A program made the translations under genes and the position numbers. The notes below the pieces were generated by a model. It saw only the letters and a program-made list of their open reading frames with translations. It was not told the origin of the DNA and searched no databases. Source: Nitrosopumilaceae archaeon (GTDB lineage: Archaea > Thermoproteota > Nitrososphaeria > Nitrososphaerales > Nitrosopumilaceae). Taken from it: a stretch of DNA of 64,000 nucleotides. Shown here one piece after another: positions 63,401 to 64,000 of the stretch. Location of the stretch: NCBI GenBank assembly GCA_965203465.1, contig CBDBCR010000003.1, forward strand, positions 352,001-416,000, in the 5' to 3' direction. The number at the start of each line of letters is the position of its first letter. Within the stretch, counting starts at the first letter, position 1.

Positions 63401-64000
63401 GTCGCCGCTGAGGTTCAGCAGCAGCGTCGTCGAGCCCCCCGATATGTCCGAGCGCGACAAGACGGTCAGCGAGTTCCAGTCGCCGCCCGATATAGACCAG
63501 CCGCCGCCGCCCGAGGTGCCCGTCGCCGTGACGCGCTCGCTGAACGTGACCGTTATCTGGTCGAGGGCAGTGGCCTCCGCCGTGAAGGTGGGCGCGTCTG
63601 TTGTGGGCGCGGCGCTTATGGCCACGGTGGCCGACGAGAGGGTCAGCGCGGAGTCTGCCGCGTCTGCTATCGGGGCCTTTTCGGCGTCGTAGACCACCGA
63701 GGCGTCCGGCGAGAGGGACGGCAGGCGGCCCTGGAGGGTCAGCACTAGCGATTCGGTGGCAGAAGAGAGCGTGGTGGTCGAAAGCACCGTCAGCGGCAGG
63801 TCGTCCTGCACGGAGTCGGGCCCCGAGAGGCTCCACGCCCCGAGCAGCTGCTGCGCGGAGGCCCCGCTCTTTACCGGCTTTGTGAAGTCTATGCGGATAG
63901 CGCCCGGGTTCTGGGCCGAGGCCGACGAGATGGACGGCCGCACCTGGGACGGCTCGGATACGTCCCTGCCTGCAGAGGCCGCCGCTGACGGATCCGAGTC
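51431..64000 (-). CDS. Giant Ig-like repeat surface protein (>4189 aa, 5'-partial)
   Basis: Frame is open through the window end; dozens of approximately 100-aa units (P-(I/V)xSA...I(T/V)VTFSExV...W...LTL...Y...D-xGN); C-terminal HFSLFG and CDDCTPPTLG region. Confidence 0.92.
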   Translation of the reverse strand, partial: DSDPSAAASAGRDVSEPSQVRPSISSASAQNPGAIRIDFTKPVKSGASAQQLLGAWSLSGPDSVQDDLPLTVLSTTTLSSATESLVLTLQGRLPSLSPDASVVYDAEKAPIADAADSALTLSSATVAISAAPTTDAPTFTAEATALDQITVTFSERVTATGTSGGGGWSISGGDWNSLTVLSRSDISGGSTTLLLNLSGDLPDTKPDGVLLGYDPAGGDVEDGDGNEVSGGQIPVSDGIAPEVSAEYVSRNSVVLTFGEPVKLSSAGAPTGWTVSGADRGAATGAGAGQGDIAPLTDQVSASSATLTLNGNLADKTVLDFTLSYSNGNIVDAAGNALGPYSEKPSDGIRPEIESAVAGTLNSITVVFSEPVLATSTAPSETWTLGGSGRPASVAVNDNPPIPTAATRTTLGLSGNLNDPLGTVTLAYDGGTGDVRDESGNDLASYTALVVLDMPPSVSSARVDGPDRVVIQYSEPVTAAQSDYPSLAVGGQARTVSGLLGGTTATHTISFRGGDPFGTDATGSVSINAPNITDATGNALGAGVIQQPLSDGQSPTVSAEYTARNSVALTFSEPVRLSSGSVPAGWTVSGTDKGAATGASSVSVITTSVTSTSATLTLNGNLADKTLLDFTLSYSGGNIEDDDGNALAPYSATPDDGIAPTVSSAKYTSRNMVDLEFSEPVRLSSGGAPTDWTVSGTDKGAATAASSVSVITTSVTSTSTTLTLDGNLADKTVLDFTLAYAATGNIEDQSGNALAAYSATPDDGIAPKITSAKVTGPNQITIAYSEIVSSFGTNYQTITVDGAARGQSGSLAGSLATVTIDFDGPAAGTDAVGSIRIDSTQIDDLAGNVLGTQTELPVVLTDGQSPTITSAEATAKNKITVEFSEDIASYGTNAQGWSISGGDAAGRTVASGSGSGSSLVLTLSSDLDDTKPDGVLLRYKTSSGDVGSDASSGSGVLADSASNAVAARSSILVSDGVSPEVSSSKYTARNSVELTFSEPVRLSSAGAPTGWSASGADVPATTAGSAISVLTTSATATSATLTLDNNLADKTSLDFTLSYDEAAGNIEDESDNALARYSEKPDDGLAPRITSAKATGLDEITVTFSENMNISDTTAQGWSVSGTDATGRTVDSSTAVSNGDTVVLTLGSDMEDTKPDGVLLQYKTSPGDVGSDPGSGSGAIADPSSNALAARQSIPVSDGIAPTATAEATALDRITVTFSEPVSVPANAQGWSISGTDAAGLDVTASTSTSSGLSTVLTLSGNLADTNPDNAVLRYKTSAGNVGSDADSGSGAIEDPDSNALAARQNMPVSDGLAPTASFALTDDRAITVSFSEPVSSPDNDASYWTLSGADAAGLAISSVSSLTSAAGSMTVALDGDVPAPSTDLKLAYSAGGTIQDGANLALAAVPATAVSDDRRPSILSATAVNPAATGPSTIVVVFTRDASSSNTPAQIAAAWSVSGTDATVNGSALSVSGASSLSVSTKTLTLTLDGRLPDTRPDLDIAYDSTPASGTAVSITDANSRAMADASVAVADGIAPAVEKAEITGPTTITITYSEAVTAGQTAYSPATVDNQFRQISNVSGSGTAVHTLTFTNPAGTGATGSVNIAEAEIADASGNAMTRTTGALTQPLADGQKPTITSAKATKLNEITVTFSENVKATGTAGTGGWSISGGDWNSRVVDTRTGISSTASDTLVLTLDGNLTDTKPEGVKLAYDSSSGDVADDAGTANELDSATNIDVSDGVKPEIESAKVTGPRQITIAYSETVTHNLAHYNNINVGGGRFASGFAGANTDTAVLSFAGSNTGTDATGTVQINFGAIRDGSNNALGSGHVTQTLTDGQAPTFTAKATELDKITVTFSENLSILDTTAQGWSVSGTDAAGRTVDSSTAVSNGRSVVLTLSSDMEDTKPDGVVLRYKTSSGDVTGDANSGSGAIADPASNALEAKQSTAVSDGIKPEIESAKVTGPGQFTITYSEAVTASQSHYGSASVGGQTATISSISGQTTATHVVSFTAPNPVGTGAEGSVQIDSTQVKDGSNNALGTSTALSQDLKDGQNPSVASATVADRRTIQVAFSESVRLSGAGTAPFGWAISGTDANSAEVDSISDISESVSGTSATLTLDRDIADTTSPSVTVAYSGGNIEDTSDNDLAAYAAAAADDGIAPRIESAAATSLTTVEVAFSEPVSVPANAQGWSISGTDAAGLDVTASTATSSGLSTVLTLSGNLADTNPDNAVLLYKTSPGNVGSDASSGSGDIADLASNALEARASIPVSDGIAPTASFALTDDSTITVSFSEAVSSSSNAASNWAVSGTDAAGRAISSVSAIAGSAMTIQLGGAALPVPFTDLKLAYDGGGAITDGASLVLAAVPAAQVSDERRPAVTSAEATGPRTIVVTFSRDVSSSASAQDLLSAWSVSGGDADSPARLRVSGLSPLGSETRSMTVTLDGDLPDTKPDGVVLAFDATPSPGTTVEISDSSSRSLADASVTVSDGIAPEVESAEATGPRTIVATFSEGVKLSGAGTAPFGWAISGTDANSAEVASIQGISESVSGTSATLNLDRDIAGTTSPSITVAYSGGNIEDASGNDLAAYAATAADDGIAPTVTSVTATSRNTIAVAFSEPVRLDPAGAPTGWTLSGTDAASRAVSTIAFGSPASTATLTLDGDIADKTNPAVTVAYSGGNIEDASGNDLAAYAAAADDGIAPTFTARATALDKIAVTFSESVTATGTAGAGWSISGGDWNSRTVLSSSDISSGSTSLVLTLSGDLVDTKPDGVVLRYDPAAGDAADAAGNETSGTAAVSDGIEPTIASAESREADKITVTFSEPVSGTATAPGTTWTLSGAGAGGRTVTVYGAFSGTSVELTVSSAFPDPIGAVTLTYASPPGDIKDDADLALAGAGEAVTQNLAPFISSAEATSLNAITVTFSEAVRGTATNPSDTWKLGGADAGTITVSRYPAPSGTSLVLGLSGNLPDTDPDLSLQYVRAAGDVEDLTGTPLESTQSPHVAVSDGLAPALSSAALNEGTGVLTLTFTETVDVSEMNESSISIREQGASSGGVALSASVRTTAADSATVSFELSEQDRQAVIAMTTPQLDLGTGAASDSSSNSSSAASDRPIAAEPDTVRPQLQSASLDEGAGTIVLTFDEKMATPTAAQAARVEIGTSGANIVFAEADITSAVLDSAGTTATMTVSEAKRQEIIAAEPADIDLLSGGLRDVSGTEASSSGTALTATPDTTRPALASAVLNTDDGVLVLSFSETMDASSFAGELAKVSVNTPGDPVRLAGTARADGTNVIVTLEPAVLRSLLAVISAAPNAGAPGLLSLAVPGAAPQFADTSGNAVTAVSGNILIEDGRPPSMVSASVTSSDTIVVRFSEDLADGTVQTSDFSVPGYDVSSVSELSGTVTITMANPDTFTMRDAPGVRTAGPVSDLFGNTLEPGARIQSVNAIMPVMISQFTVSHDGPAKAGDRIQITFRAQGTVAMDAALRVNGQAVATVSAENGFDATYTVPAGAPQGPLKLYVEIVSGTGTPTEFSERDLTGPNAVVDTVPPSVVYASIAGIDSVTVIYSEPVTASASDYAGIEADGASPVPASGVLGSGSKSILVSWSGGGATPSSVRLTAGAVTDAAGNAAAPSQVTAAAARTEVTLEEPGIPLARGTVVGTVTAPSGIEPVVDVSSFTGTVTDPAVIGAGGGSAVFESELRIVTRTFGLPDATFPAGTQAGGLGPLASGGAAFGEAIAISSSSSTAHLSEDQREAYPLLFDGITTTVQVGHPGRDIIFDRPVLLEFDIPLRGALVFSVGTLGVPLPIPACDPSWDTSALPVGQSVPEGWPPGTYDTNACVDEDSDSVWTGHFSLFGVSQPPPRGGSECDDCTPPTLGYDQYGAKLVDAGFAYNGLASDVEYFFTPYPLIESEVGRENTVVLRIYENEGPQNVSHAALAFGLRSGEVISESRAVINYDISFDGTGEVSAIDPDGAIDLDTLAAEHETVQCSPGSELECLQVTIKHAFRAPLEFDIVGTDVWDSQRNSWQNYYNHGIKISGEPLDGRPGIEVNGGELVLHPISPDSTNRDVMISSDGHLFKLSPEGRYEPLSNQSRLYHDIDESMYFADGVPMQGYDREDPEFRDRLYEQVAQAQRVLDSMMPAPEAEDSVSAPAPPDRQAEEERLRAAVAAEQERARLLFEVLFGYLEINGQN

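Noticed and set aside
53547-63885. Very long + strand ORFs (e.g. 54998-59527, 1509 aa) opposite the giant protein
   Set aside because: Antisense/alternate-frame shadows of a high-GC3 gene; Arg/Gly-rich with no motifs.

Overview
High-GC archaeal chromosome segment. The gene content (nadA/nadX, mptE, Pcc1, uS15-DHH-Pcc1-serS, UPF0147, thrombospondin-3 protein) and TATA-like boxes about 22-25 nt upstream of start codons point to an ammonia-oxidising thaumarchaeon (Nitrosopumilaceae, Cenarchaeum-like). This assignment is an inference, not a database result. Housekeeping blocks (birA, nad, queD-valS, ribL, rps15-serS, folP/mptE, hisGDC, gltX, corA) are interrupted by several accessory islands, most of them AT-richer. 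(1) At 1-5.6 kb there is a candidate Ssp-type DNA phosphorothioation/defence locus: cysteine desulfurase, DUF262-HNH, DUF4007 and the start of an SspC-like gene that runs off the window, preceded by a truncated GHKL ATPase. (2) A Panacea/SocA-RelE toxin-antitoxin pair. (3) An island between hisG and gltX with an IS66-like remnant, a tandem duplicated wHTH-like gene and a candidate R-S-E ADP-ribosyltransferase. (4) An ABC-ATPase plus PD-(D/E)XK pair. (5) A decayed HEPN-like/helical-repeat gene next to an integrase remnant. The last 12.5 kb is the 3' part of a giant Ig-like repeat surface protein. No rRNA, tRNA or CRISPR array was recognised. All calls come from motif recognition by eye, and many start codons were re-chosen relative to the ORF track.
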